From positions 1 to 46,696 of the forward strand of contig JADHYK010000002.1 in NCBI GenBank assembly GCA_016782485.1: a stretch of DNA of 46,696 nucleotides, in the 5' to 3' direction. The notes beneath the pieces were generated by a model. The model did not search any database and had not been told where the DNA came from. It worked only from the letters and a program-made list of their open reading frames with translations. This stretch comes from Candidatus Omnitrophota bacterium. Lineage in GTDB: Bacteria > Omnitrophota > Gorgyraeia > Gygaellales > Profunditerraquicolaceae. The translations under genes and the position numbers were made by a program. Shown here one piece after another: positions 28,902-36,966 of this stretch; positions within the stretch are counted from its first letter, which is position 1, and each line of letters begins with the position of its first letter.

Positions 28902-29330
28902 CTAAAAACCTTCTATCCCGATACCCATGCTTCTGGCTGTCCCCTCAATAATCTTTATGGCCTGGGTTAGATCTTTGGTGTTTAAATCCTGCATCTTCTG
29001 TTTTGCTATTTCTTCAACCTGGCTCCTGGTTACCTTGCCGATTACCTCCTTGCCGCTGGTGCCGGAGGCCTTTGCCAGGTTTGCCGCCCGTTTAAGAAGT
29101 ATGGAAGAGGGCGGGGTTTTGATAATAAAACTAAATGTCCTGTCTTCGTAGACGCTTATGATGACCGGCAAGACCAGGCCGTCCCTGCCCTTAGTCTGCT
29201 CGTTGAATTGTTTGCAGAATTGCATAATATTTACGCCGTGCTGGCCCAGGGCCGGCCCGACCGGCGGCGCGGGATTAGCCTGCGCTCCGGAAACATGCAA
29301 TTTAATCTGCACTTTTAGCTTCTTTGCCAT
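28902..29330 (-). CDS. rplK: 50S ribosomal protein L11
   Basis: 142 aa ORF with motif [22 protein letters not shown]. Confidence 0.97.
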   Translation of the reverse strand: MAKKLKVQIKLHVSGAQANPAPPVGPALGQHGVNIMQFCKQFNEQTKGRDGLVLPVIISVYEDRTFSFIIKTPPSSILLKRAANLAKASGTSGKEVIGKVTRSQVEEIAKQKMQDLNTKDLTQAIKIIEGTARSMGIGIEGF

Positions 29331-29332
29331 CT

Positions 29333-29860
29333 CTAAACCTTCTCCACCTGCCAGTATTCCAGTTCCACCGGCGTTGCCCGGCCGAAAATGGAAACGCTGA
29401 CCTTGATCTTTCCCTTTTCCGGATGGACCTCTTCGATAGTCCCGTTAAAATTCACGAACGGCCCCTCCGTCACCCTAACCTGCTCTCCCTTTTCGAAAAC
29501 AACTTTGGGGCTGGGCTTTGCCTGCGTCTCCTGTGTCCTTTTAAGTATGTTATCTACCTCAGCCTGCGGCAGGGGCATGGGCTTCTTCCCCAGGCCTATA
29601 AATCCGGTTACCCCCGGCGTAGTTTTAATGAAGAGGTAGGTCTTTTCGTTTAACTCCATTTCCAGCAGAAGGTAGCCCGGAAAAAACTTTCTCTGGGAAA
29701 TCTTTTTTTTGCCGCCGCGCACCTCGGAAACCTGTTCAGTGGGGACAATGACTTTCGCAATTAGCTCTCCGAGGCTTTCGGAAACGATTCTTCTCTCCAA
29801 TGCCGCTTTTACCTTCTCCTCAGAACCGGTCTGAGTATGGACGACATACCAGCTTTTCAT
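29333..29860 (-). CDS. nusG: Transcription termination/antitermination factor NusG
   Basis: 175 aa ORF with [11 protein letters not shown] (NGN) and a C-terminal KOW domain. Confidence 0.96.
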   Translation of the reverse strand: MKSWYVVHTQTGSEEKVKAALERRIVSESLGELIAKVIVPTEQVSEVRGGKKKISQRKFFPGYLLLEMELNEKTYLFIKTTPGVTGFIGLGKKPMPLPQAEVDNILKRTQETQAKPSPKVVFEKGEQVRVTEGPFVNFNGTIEEVHPEKGKIKVSVSIFGRATPVELEYWQVEKV

Positions 29861-30048
29861 CGAAATAGTAAACTCAACAATTTTGAAAGAACCAGGTCAA
29901 TCCCTCCGATATAAATAGCCGCCAAAAAAGTAGCCACGATGACAACAAGGGTGGCTCCGATTAATTCCTGGCGCGTTGACCAGGAAACTTTGCTTAATTC
30001 CGCCCTGACTTCCTTTATAAATTTAACCGGTTTACCCAGGAAACTCAT
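29857..30048 (-). CDS. secE: Preprotein translocase subunit SecE
   Basis: 63 aa single-TM ORF immediately upstream of nusG. Confidence 0.9.
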   Translation of the reverse strand: MSFLGKPVKFIKEVRAELSKVSWSTRQELIGATLVVIVATFLAAIYIGGIDLVLSKLLSLLFR

Positions 30049-30126
30049 CCTCTATCCTTCTTATTGTTAATTCCGCCGCTTTTCTTTAATCAGCAGGAGC
30101 GACAGGACAAATCCCGCACTTTTTTA

Positions 30127-30198
30127 CAGGGGTGGAGGGAATTGAACCCCCAGTCCTGGTTTTGGAGACCAGTGGTTTGCCAGTTAACCGACACCCCT
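30127..30198 (-). tRNA. trnW: tRNA-Trp (anticodon CCA), no encoded CCA end
   Basis: Hand-folded cloverleaf: acceptor AGGGGTG/CACCCCT, D stem GGTT/AACC, anticodon stem CTGGT/ACCAG with loop CTCCAAA, T loop TTCAATT. Confidence 0.9.
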
Positions 30199-30207
30199 AA
30201 TCTATTT

Positions 30208-30275
30208 TAGATCCTTCGCTCGCCTTCGGCGGGCTCAGGATAAGTTCCCCGCCATGATTCGTGGCGGGTCACTTA
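30208..30275 (-). repeat. Composite element E2 in the rpmG|tRNA-Trp spacer (PU-B ends with a PU-C-like inner stem, plus PU-A)
   Basis: The mRNA reads AAA TAAGTGACCCGCCACGAATCATGGCGGGGAACTTATCCTGAGCCCGCCGAAGGCGAGCGAAGGATCTA. Confidence 0.85.
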
Positions 30276-30422
30276 TTTTATCTCTTTGTGCGGGGAATGC
30301 TTGTGGCAAAACTTGCAAAACTTGCTGACTTCCAGCCTTTCCTGGTGCAACTTCTTATTTTTCGTCGTCGTATAATTCCTGTTTTTGCAAACTGTGCATT
30401 CTAAAGTAATGGTTTCGCGCAT
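30273..30422 (-). CDS. rpmG: 50S ribosomal protein L33
   Basis: Not in the ORF track (49 aa). Own translation gives [49 protein letters not shown], with L33 zinc-ribbon cysteines. It sits between tRNA-Thr and tRNA-Trp/secE. Confidence 0.9.
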   Translation of the reverse strand: MRETITLECTVCKNRNYTTTKNKKLHQERLEVSKFCKFCHKHSPHKEIK

Positions 30423-30428
30423 CTTCTG

Positions 30429-30564
30429 ATTCCAATGTTATCAATTTAGATCCTTCGTCGCTGTCGCTCCTCAGGATAAGTTCGGTCATAAACTTACGTT
30501 CCCGCTTCGCTTCGCTCGCGGTCCATAAGTTTAGACCTCACTTAGCTGGAGACGGGAATCGAAC
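30429..30564 (-). repeat. 136 bp direct repeat, copy 1 (E2 element 30447-30544 plus the tRNA-Thr 3' fragment)
   Basis: 136/136 identical to 30636-30771 by hand comparison (offset 207 bp). Confidence 0.9.
30544..30564 (-). pseudogene. Orphan copy of the 3'-terminal 21 nt of tRNA-Thr (T-loop half, T-stem 3' strand, acceptor 3' strand)
   Basis: GTTCGATTCCCGTCTCCAGCT is identical to 30751-30771. It is part of the 136 bp perfect direct repeat. Confidence 0.85.
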
Positions 30565-30598
30565 TTAAAATTCCCTTCTCTTGCCTGTTTGGAATTTT

Positions 30599-30629
30599 AA
30601 TCCTGAGGCCTAAAAGGCCGAAGGACCTC
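30599..30629 (+). repeat. Solo PU-A in the opposite orientation inside the 71 bp segment between the two 136 bp repeats
   Basis: Plus strand aatcctgaggcctaaaaggccgaaggacctc. Confidence 0.7.
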
Positions 30630-30635
30630 TGAAAA

Positions 30636-30771
30636 ATTCCAATGTTATCAATTTAGATCCTTCGTCGCTGTCGCTCCTCAGGATAAGTTCGGTCATAAAC
30701 TTACGTTCCCGCTTCGCTTCGCTCGCGGTCCATAAGTTTAGACCTCACTTAGCTGGAGACGGGAATCGAAC
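30636..30771 (-). repeat. 136 bp direct repeat, copy 2 (E2 element 30654-30751 plus the 3' 21 nt of the intact tRNA-Thr)
   Basis: Identical to 30429-30564. The PU-B terminus TAAGTGAGG uses the tRNA discriminator T as its first base. Confidence 0.9.
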
Positions 30772-30823
30772 CCGTGACCCCGTCCTTACCAAGGACGTGC
30801 TCTGCCGACTGAGCTACTCCAGC
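30751..30823 (-). tRNA. trnT: tRNA-Thr (anticodon GGT), no encoded CCA end
   Basis: Hand-folded: acceptor GCTGGAG/CTCCAGC, D stem GCTC/GAGC, anticodon stem CGTCC/GGACG with loop TTGGTAA, T arm ACGGG-TTCGATT-CCCGT. Confidence 0.9.
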
Positions 30824-30995
30824 ATTAAAACTTAACCCAGCCAGCTTGTAGTGGGCTCACTAACAAAATTCATTCTTTATAGCATACCGCTAGGCAAAGA
30901 CTCCCTCACCTAGAGAATTTTTAATAAAATTCTCTAATAACTACGGGCTAAGTTACCCCCTAAAAATAGTTATCTGGGATTTTAGTAAAGCCCAA

Positions 30996-31024
30996 AGTAT
31001 ATAGCATAAAAGGGGTTTTGTCAA
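30996..31024 (-). promoter_or_regulatory. Candidate sigma-70-type promoter (TTGACA-17 nt-TATACT) upstream of tRNA-Thr/rpmG
   Basis: -35 at 31019-31024 (overlaps the rsmA stop) and -10 at 30996-31001. Sequence match only. Confidence 0.4.
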
Positions 31025-31803
31025 TAATTTTTTTGAATATTTGCAAAATCCTGCAGGGTGAGCTGTTCGGGGCGGATACGCGGGTCAATCGAATACCTGC
31101 TAAAATACTCCTCTAATTTAGACCGGGGCAGGATCCCCTCAAGGCTATTTTTCAGGGTTTTTCTCCTCTTATTAAACGCCCCTCTGATAATCTGAAAAAA
31201 AAGTTTTTCGTCTTTAACGCATACCGCCGGCTCTTCTCTCATCGTTAATCTTACCAGCGATGAGTCGACCTTGGGGGCCGGGAAAAAACAGCTCTTCTTA
31301 ATATTGAACATGATTCTGGCTTGCGCATAATATTGCACAAAACAGCTGAAGGACCCGTAATCTTTGGAGCCGCAAAGGGCAGTCATCCTGCGGGCAAATT
31401 CTTTCTGTACGGTAACAAAGGCTTGAGTTATATTATCCCTGAATTCAAGCAGGCGTTGGATAATCGGACTGGATATATAATAAGGAATGTTGCCGATAAC
31501 CTTGCCCCTTGAGCCCTTAAAGAATTTTCTGAAATCAAGCTTTAAGATATCGGCGTTGATTATTTCAACATTGCGGAATTTTTTTAGTGCCTCCCTGGCA
31601 ATCTCGCACAGGTGAGGATCTATCTCCAGGGCAAAAACTTTTTTTGCTCTTTCGGCGATCAGTCCGGTCAGCTCCCCTCTGCCGGCGCCGAGCTCAACCG
31701 CTATATCGGTATTTTTAAATCCGCAGGCTGCGATTATCTTTCTCCGAATATTTCCGTCGATAAGAAAATTCTGGCCTAATCTCTTTTTAGGTTTAATCTG
31801 CAT
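31021..31803 (-). CDS. rsmA: 16S rRNA (adenine1518/1519-N6)-dimethyltransferase
   Basis: KRLGQNFL and a SAM-binding motif LELGAGRGELT-like. I prefer the ATG at 31803 (MQIKPKKRLGQNFL) over 31845. It follows pdxA as in many bacteria. Confidence 0.9.
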   Translation of the reverse strand: MQIKPKKRLGQNFLIDGNIRRKIIAACGFKNTDIAVELGAGRGELTGLIAERAKKVFALEIDPHLCEIAREALKKFRNVEIINADILKLDFRKFFKGSRGKVIGNIPYYISSPIIQRLLEFRDNITQAFVTVQKEFARRMTALCGSKDYGSFSCFVQYYAQARIMFNIKKSCFFPAPKVDSSLVRLTMREEPAVCVKDEKLFFQIIRGAFNKRRKTLKNSLEGILPRSKLEEYFSRYSIDPRIRPEQLTLQDFANIQKNY

Positions 31804-32741
31804 CTTAGGGCGAGCTTTACTGCTTCGATGAGCGGCTGCGGGCAAGCCTGCTTGTAACGGCCGGCGATTTCAAAGGCTGTCCCGTGTAGAGGCGAGGTCC
31901 TGATAAAGGGAAGGCCTAAAGTCAGATTTACGCCCGTCTGTATGCCGGTTAATTTAAGGGGTATCAGGGCCTGGTCGTGGTACATTGCAATAACGCAATC
32001 ATAATGCCCCAGGCTTGCCTTATAGATTGCCGCGTCAGCAGATAACGGACCGTCTATACTTAGATTAAACCTGTTCTTTATTTTTTTAACTGCCGGGGAG
32101 ATAATCATCGGCTCCTCCTTGCCGATAACGCCGTTATCGGAAGCATGGGGGTTCAATCCGCAGACCACCAGGCGCGGCCGCCGGATGCCAAATAAATCTT
32201 TAAGGCCGTTATAAGTAACCAGGAAATTATCGCATAGCTTTTCTTTAGTTATCTTCCCCGGAACAGCTTTAAGTGCAATATGCCGGCTGATCAGGCTGAA
32301 TTTTAACTTTTTATTTAAAAGCATCATCACCGTATTGGTACTCTTGGTTTTTTCTGCCAGATATTCGGTATGGCCGCCGTATTTAAAACCGGCGAGGTTA
32401 ATCGCCTCTTTGGATATGGGTGAGGTCACCAGGCAATCTATCTGCTTCTGATTGATTAAGCCTAACGCTGTATCGAGGTATTCCATAGATGCCCGCCCGT
32501 ATTCTGCCTTGATCTTTCCGAATGAGAATTTTTTAATTTTTACATTGGCTAAATCAACAAATCCTATCTCTTCCGCCAAATTTCTCGGCGGAAACTGATC
32601 GAAAACCCATCTATCTCCGATAATAACAAATTTAGCTAATCCGCTAATGCTCTTAAGCGCCTTATGGATTATCGCCGGGCCTATCCCTGAAGGATCGCCC
32701 ATTGTGATGCCGACTCTGATTTTATAACGCTTCTTAGCCAT
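31776..32741 (-). CDS. pdxA: 4-hydroxythreonine-4-phosphate dehydrogenase
   Basis: GITMGDPSGIGPAII N-terminus and GLNPHA motif. I prefer the ATG at 32741 (MAKKRYKIRVGIT). Confidence 0.88.
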   Translation of the reverse strand: MAKKRYKIRVGITMGDPSGIGPAIIHKALKSISGLAKFVIIGDRWVFDQFPPRNLAEEIGFVDLANVKIKKFSFGKIKAEYGRASMEYLDTALGLINQKQIDCLVTSPISKEAINLAGFKYGGHTEYLAEKTKSTNTVMMLLNKKLKFSLISRHIALKAVPGKITKEKLCDNFLVTYNGLKDLFGIRRPRLVVCGLNPHASDNGVIGKEEPMIISPAVKKIKNRFNLSIDGPLSADAAIYKASLGHYDCVIAMYHDQALIPLKLTGIQTGVNLTLGLPFIRTSPLHGTAFEIAGRYKQACPQPLIEAVKLALRCRLNLKRD

Positions 32742-33519
32742 CTTGCGAATTATTTTTTGCACTGGCACGAAAAGATTCCATATTCTTTATTACCCGCTGT
32801 GAATTCAGTTCTCTCTCAAGATGAAAGTTAAGAAAAGTATTCAGGACAAAATCCAGCTCCTTCTTAACCTGCGGGTTCATTCCCAGGTTAAGGTTGCTCC
32901 TGAAATCATTCTTTTCGATATGCAGAATCGAAGCTATCGAGCCGCGGAATATCGAGCGGGCTGCAGGGTCCTTACGGAAGCAGCCTTCGCACAACAATCC
33001 TCCCAGGGTAAGGCTGAATTTTGACTGCCCTAATATTTTATTCCCGCAGGAGAGGCAGGAGTCAAGGTGGGGCTTGAAACCCGAAATCACAAGCATTTTA
33101 ATCTTAAAAATAGTGGCTATCTTCTCGGGGTTATCCGTTCTTCTTAGTTCCTGCAGGCATTCCAGTGCCAGGTCAAAGGCCTGGCCATTGCTATCTTCCA
33201 GGGGCATAAGCGCGGCCAGTAATTCCATCATAAAACCGGCTACCGTGCATTTAGCAATATTGTTCCTTAAGGGAGCGAAATTTTCTTTGGCGTCGCACTG
33301 ACTAACCAGGTGCAGGGAACTATTGTTTTTTCTGTAAAATATGATCTCATTATAAGAAAACGGCTCCAGGGTGCTGGCGAATTTGGCCGGCTCAGCCCTA
33401 AACCCCTTGAGCAGCCCGTTTACTTTTCCGAAATCGCGGGTATAGAATTCCGCGATAAGGGAAGTTTCTCGGAAATCGCGCCTTTTTAACACTAGGGCTT
33501 CGCTTTTCTGGATAGGCAT
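32734..33519 (-). CDS. recO: DNA repair protein RecO
   Basis: 261 aa ORF with an OB-fold N-terminus (EALVLKRRDFRETS) and a Cys4 zinc motif CLSC..CEGC. Confidence 0.88.
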   Translation of the reverse strand: MPIQKSEALVLKRRDFRETSLIAEFYTRDFGKVNGLLKGFRAEPAKFASTLEPFSYNEIIFYRKNNSSLHLVSQCDAKENFAPLRNNIAKCTVAGFMMELLAALMPLEDSNGQAFDLALECLQELRRTDNPEKIATIFKIKMLVISGFKPHLDSCLSCGNKILGQSKFSLTLGGLLCEGCFRKDPAARSIFRGSIASILHIEKNDFRSNLNLGMNPQVKKELDFVLNTFLNFHLERELNSQRVIKNMESFRASAKNNSQDG

Positions 33520-33962
33520 GTTAATTTAGTCAGGTTGAGGTTGAGTGAAGATAAAATCTCTTCGGCTTTATCCTGCATCAACTTCTTTCCTTTGGGGTTA
33601 TCGTCGCGGTAACCTAAAATATGCAAAACTCCGTGTACCAGGTAAAGATATGCCTCGAATATCTTAGAGGTTCTAAAAATTCCGGCATTGCGGACTGCCG
33701 TCTCGGCAGATACCACGATATCGGCACAGATGCAGCCTGCATCCGGGGGCCCGCTCATATCGAAAGCTAAAACATCGGTCGGTGAATCTTTTTTGAGGTA
33801 TGCGCGGTTAAGCTCTTTAATCCTGCTGTCATCGACGAAACAAACATTGATCCGCGCCGGCTTGCTTTTTGCCTCTTTAGCTAAAACTTTAAGGACTATC
33901 TGTTTTATCCTTTTAGGCCGGATGTGAATCTTGTTTTGAAGGTTTTTTATGGTTATTGTCAC
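33492..33962 (-). CDS. ybeY: Endoribonuclease YbeY (rRNA maturation)
   Basis: 156 aa ORF with the metal site HGVLHILGY. Confidence 0.9.
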   Translation of the reverse strand: MTITIKNLQNKIHIRPKRIKQIVLKVLAKEAKSKPARINVCFVDDSRIKELNRAYLKKDSPTDVLAFDMSGPPDAGCICADIVVSAETAVRNAGIFRTSKIFEAYLYLVHGVLHILGYRDDNPKGKKLMQDKAEEILSSLNLNLTKLTCLSRKAKP

Positions 33963-35382
33963 TTCTTGACTCTTCAGGGTAGGTTACGCGGCTATGGTAA
34001 ATTCCGGATAATATCCGGATAAATATCTTGGAAATCTTTTCCAGGTCATTCAGGGTCAGTTCGCATTCGTCAAGCTGGCCGTCTATGAATTTATTATTGA
34101 TTACCTTGTGCACTACTTCGGTAATCTTGGGAGGGGCGGGGTCTTTTAAGGCGCGCGTAGCCGCCTCAACGGAATCAGCCAGCAATACAATTGCCGCCTC
34201 CTTCGTATTCGGTTTGGGGCCCGGATAACGGAAACCCTCCTCCTTTACCTCCTGGGCATCTTCCAGTTCTTCCAGGGCGCGGCGGTAAAAATAAAAAACC
34301 AGGCTGCTGCCGTGGTGCTGCTGAATAAAATCTATTATGAAAGGATTAAGCCTGTATTTCCTGGCAAGCTCAACCCCCTCCTTGACATGGTTCATAATTA
34401 CCATCTTGCTCATTGAAGGGGCGAGGGTATCATGCTTGCTCTGCTCTAGGCTTTGATTCTCGCTGAAATAGCCCGGCTTTTGAAGTTTGCCTATGTCGTG
34501 GTAATAAGCCCCGATCCTGGCCAGGAGCGCATTGGCCCCTATGGCGCTACAGGCGGCATCTGATAAATTCCCGACCACCAGGCTATGGTGATGCGTACCC
34601 GGCGCCTCCATAACCATCCGCTGCAGGAGCGGATGATGGAAATCAGCCAGTTCCAGCAGGCTGATATTGGTAACCCTCTTGAAGAGCCATTCAAACAAGG
34701 GAAGTACTCCGATCACGATGATACTGGAAACAAAGCCGTTTAACATGATAATTAAATAACTTTTTAAATAAATCTCCGGCGGCCCGATCCAGAAGCGGTC
34801 AATAAAAAATAAAAGTACTGCCTGAAGAATACCGATTAAAAAACCCGCCCGGATAATCGTCATACGCCTGCGGGCATTCCAGACCAGTAAACTGGACAAT
34901 ATGCCGCTTACCAGGAATAATACCCCCAGGTGCAGATGGTTGCCGGAAATAGAAGCTATCACCACTGCAATCGCCAGGCTCATCAATAAAGACAGCTCAA
35001 GCTGGTTAAAAAGCAGCGTCACCAGCATCGGCACGATACAAATCGGTATATAAAAACGCGAAAGCCCCCGGTTAATGATAATATAACTGGTTACCGATAT
35101 GATTATAAAAAGGAGGGTGAGGTTGAGCATATTGCAATCTTTGAGGCTTTTTTTGCGGTAAAAGATATACAGCGCAAGGGTCAATAAGAATACGGGGATA
35201 ATCAGGTTCAATTGCAATATAGAACTGATCACAACCAGTACCACTGCAGACAAGAGAAATTTGATACATTCGGCGGCGCTCAAAACCCGCCATAAAGGAC
35301 GGGGACAGAATGCGCCGCCTTCAGTATCAATCCTGAGCGAAGTCGAAGGATTGATTTTATTTATTACGTCCTGTTTTATCAT
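33913..35382 (-). CDS. Membrane HD-domain phosphohydrolase, 7TM-HD (PgpH/YqfF-like)
   Basis: 489 aa ORF with about 7 predicted TM helices followed by HD motifs (HHHSLVVGNL, YYHDIGK). Canonical phoH-pgpH-ybeY neighbourhood. Confidence 0.85.
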   Translation of the reverse strand: MIKQDVINKINPSTSLRIDTEGGAFCPRPLWRVLSAAECIKFLLSAVVLVVISSILQLNLIIPVFLLTLALYIFYRKKSLKDCNMLNLTLLFIIISVTSYIIINRGLSRFYIPICIVPMLVTLLFNQLELSLLMSLAIAVVIASISGNHLHLGVLFLVSGILSSLLVWNARRRMTIIRAGFLIGILQAVLLFFIDRFWIGPPEIYLKSYLIIMLNGFVSSIIVIGVLPLFEWLFKRVTNISLLELADFHHPLLQRMVMEAPGTHHHSLVVGNLSDAACSAIGANALLARIGAYYHDIGKLQKPGYFSENQSLEQSKHDTLAPSMSKMVIMNHVKEGVELARKYRLNPFIIDFIQQHHGSSLVFYFYRRALEELEDAQEVKEEGFRYPGPKPNTKEAAIVLLADSVEAATRALKDPAPPKITEVVHKVINNKFIDGQLDECELTLNDLEKISKIFIRILSGIYHSRVTYPEESRSDNNHKKPSKQDSHPA

Positions 35383-36310
35383 ATGCCTCGATTATCCTTT
35401 GCACCAATGCGTGCCTGACTACGTCAAAACCGCTGAACTCTATAAATTTTATCCCTTCGATACCGCTCAGGATACCCCGTGCCTGCAACAGGCCTATGGG
35501 TTTACCGCCGGGCAAATCGCTCTGCGTCACATCCCCGGTAATAACCGCCTTGGAATCAAACCCCAGGCGGGTTAAAAACATCTTCATCTGTTCCGCAGTG
35601 CAATTCTGTGCCTCATCCAGAATGATGAAAGCGTCATTAAGTGTGCGGCCCCTCATATAAGCCAGAGGGGCGACTTCAATAATGCCGGTCTCCAGGTACT
35701 TCTCAATGCGCTCGGCCTCCATCATATCGTATAAGGCGTCGTACAAGGGCCTCAGATACGGAGATATTTTTTCCTGCATATCGCCGGGTAAAAACCCTAA
35801 AGACTCCCCGGCCTCGATTGCAGGGCGGGTGAGAACTATCCTGCGCACTTCATGTTTTTTTAAAGCCTCCACCGCGCAGGCCATCGCCAGGTAAGTCTTT
35901 CCGGTCCCCGCCGGGCCGATACCGAATACGATATCAAACTTCCTGACTGCCTCCACGTATTCGCGCTGGCCGGCAGTCTTGGGCCCTATCGCTTTACCGC
36001 TCAAAGAACAGCTGAAATTAAGGTTTTCGGTATCTAAAATGCCTTTTTTTGAATTCTTAAGGTTGGTTATCAGGCGGCTTAATTGACCCCTGTCTAACTC
36101 CGGCTGGCCGCTGCGGGAGACATCCAATATCTGGCCGATAACCCAGAGTGCCCTTTTAATATTAGTTGCCGTACCGCTGACCTTTAAATCTTCCCCCCGG
36201 ATAACCAGCTTAACCTTAAATTCCCGCTCTATTGTTTTAAGGTTTTCGTCATGGGGCCCCAGAAGCGCCTGCGCTTCACGATGTGTCCCCAGTCTTATTC
36301 TTTTATCCAT
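35357..36310 (-). CDS. phoH: PhoH-like ATPase (YbeZ family)
   Basis: 317 aa ORF with Walker A GPAGTGKTYLA and a KH-like N-terminal region. Confidence 0.92.
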   Translation of the reverse strand: MDKRIRLGTHREAQALLGPHDENLKTIEREFKVKLVIRGEDLKVSGTATNIKRALWVIGQILDVSRSGQPELDRGQLSRLITNLKNSKKGILDTENLNFSCSLSGKAIGPKTAGQREYVEAVRKFDIVFGIGPAGTGKTYLAMACAVEALKKHEVRRIVLTRPAIEAGESLGFLPGDMQEKISPYLRPLYDALYDMMEAERIEKYLETGIIEVAPLAYMRGRTLNDAFIILDEAQNCTAEQMKMFLTRLGFDSKAVITGDVTQSDLPGGKPIGLLQARGILSGIEGIKFIEFSGFDVVRHALVQRIIEAYDKTGRNK

Positions 36311-36319
36311 ATCATATAG

Positions 36320-36414
36320 TAGATCCTTCGCCCTTCACTTTGTTCAGGGCTCAGGATAAGTTCGGCCAGACGACTTAGCTTCGCTTATCGCTCACTAAGT
36401 CGTGGCCTCACTTA
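36320..36414 (-). repeat. Composite element E2 in the LysM-lipoprotein|phoH spacer: PU-B copy 6 (36357-36414) plus PU-A (36320-36358)
   Basis: The mRNA reads AAG TAAGTGAGGCCACGACTTAGTGAGCGATAAGCGAAGCTAAGTCGTCTGGCCGAACTTATCCTGAGCCCTGAACAAAGTGAAGGGCGAAGGATCTA. Confidence 0.85.
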
Positions 36415-36966
36415 CTTGAGGTTCTCGGCCGGCTCTTTTAGTCTTTCGAGCGGTATCCGTATAACCTGCCCAGGACGGATTTTGTCGGGGCCCTTTAACT
36501 TATCCGTATTGGCTTCGAAGATCTTCTTCCATTTTTTGGTAGTGCCGAAATATTTCTGTGAGATCTTCTGCAGGGTATCGCCCTTCTGGACGGTATAATT
36601 TTCGAAATACTGCTCGCTGACAACCCCGCTGCCGGAAGTCTCGGAGACATCGCCTAAAGTATCCTGAAAAATTCCCTGCGGTGTTCCTGCGGCAAGCGAT
36701 TCCTCTTCGTATAGAGGCTTTGCCCGTTTTTCTATTTTAACCGGAGAGCCCAATTCAATCTCAAATACCCGCATAGTCCGGGTTGTGCTCCTCTCTTTCT
36801 CTTCGCCAGCCGGCGGCTGCCCCATAATATAACCTCTGTTACCTGCGGAGCTGGAGAGGTCCTGATCAACCCTGTCTTTAACTACGGGATAAGTCCTCAC
36901 CGTGCAGCCTGCCAGTATCAATACCAGTGCCAATACAATCAATTGTATCGCCTTTTGATTCTTCAT
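36412..36966 (-). CDS. Lipoprotein with a C-terminal LysM domain
   Basis: Lipobox LILAGC after the signal peptide. C-terminal YTVQKGDTLQKISQKYFG..IRPGQVIRIP is a LysM motif. Confidence 0.8.
   Translation of the reverse strand: MKNQKAIQLIVLALVLILAGCTVRTYPVVKDRVDQDLSSSAGNRGYIMGQPPAGEEKERSTTRTMRVFEIELGSPVKIEKRAKPLYEEESLAAGTPQGIFQDTLGDVSETSGSGVVSEQYFENYTVQKGDTLQKISQKYFGTTKKWKKIFEANTDKLKGPDKIRPGQVIRIPLERLKEPAENLK

Noticed and set aside
30049-30126. Promoter or repeat module in the tRNA-Trp|secE spacer
   Set aside because: Only a weak TTGTCC-16-TAAAGA match is present and there is no H/PU-A/B/C similarity. This is not enough to call a feature.
30429-30823. tRNA-Thr plus a repeated 3' fragment as attL/attR of an integrated island
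   Set aside because: The repeat extends 115 bp beyond the tRNA into flanking sequence. Only 71 bp separates the copies, and no integrase or cargo is present. A tandem duplication or assembly artefact fits better.
1105-36414. The recurring hairpin repeats as a CRISPR array
   Set aside because: The copies are kilobases apart, separated by essential genes, differ in sequence and orientation, have no regular spacer length, and no cas genes are present.
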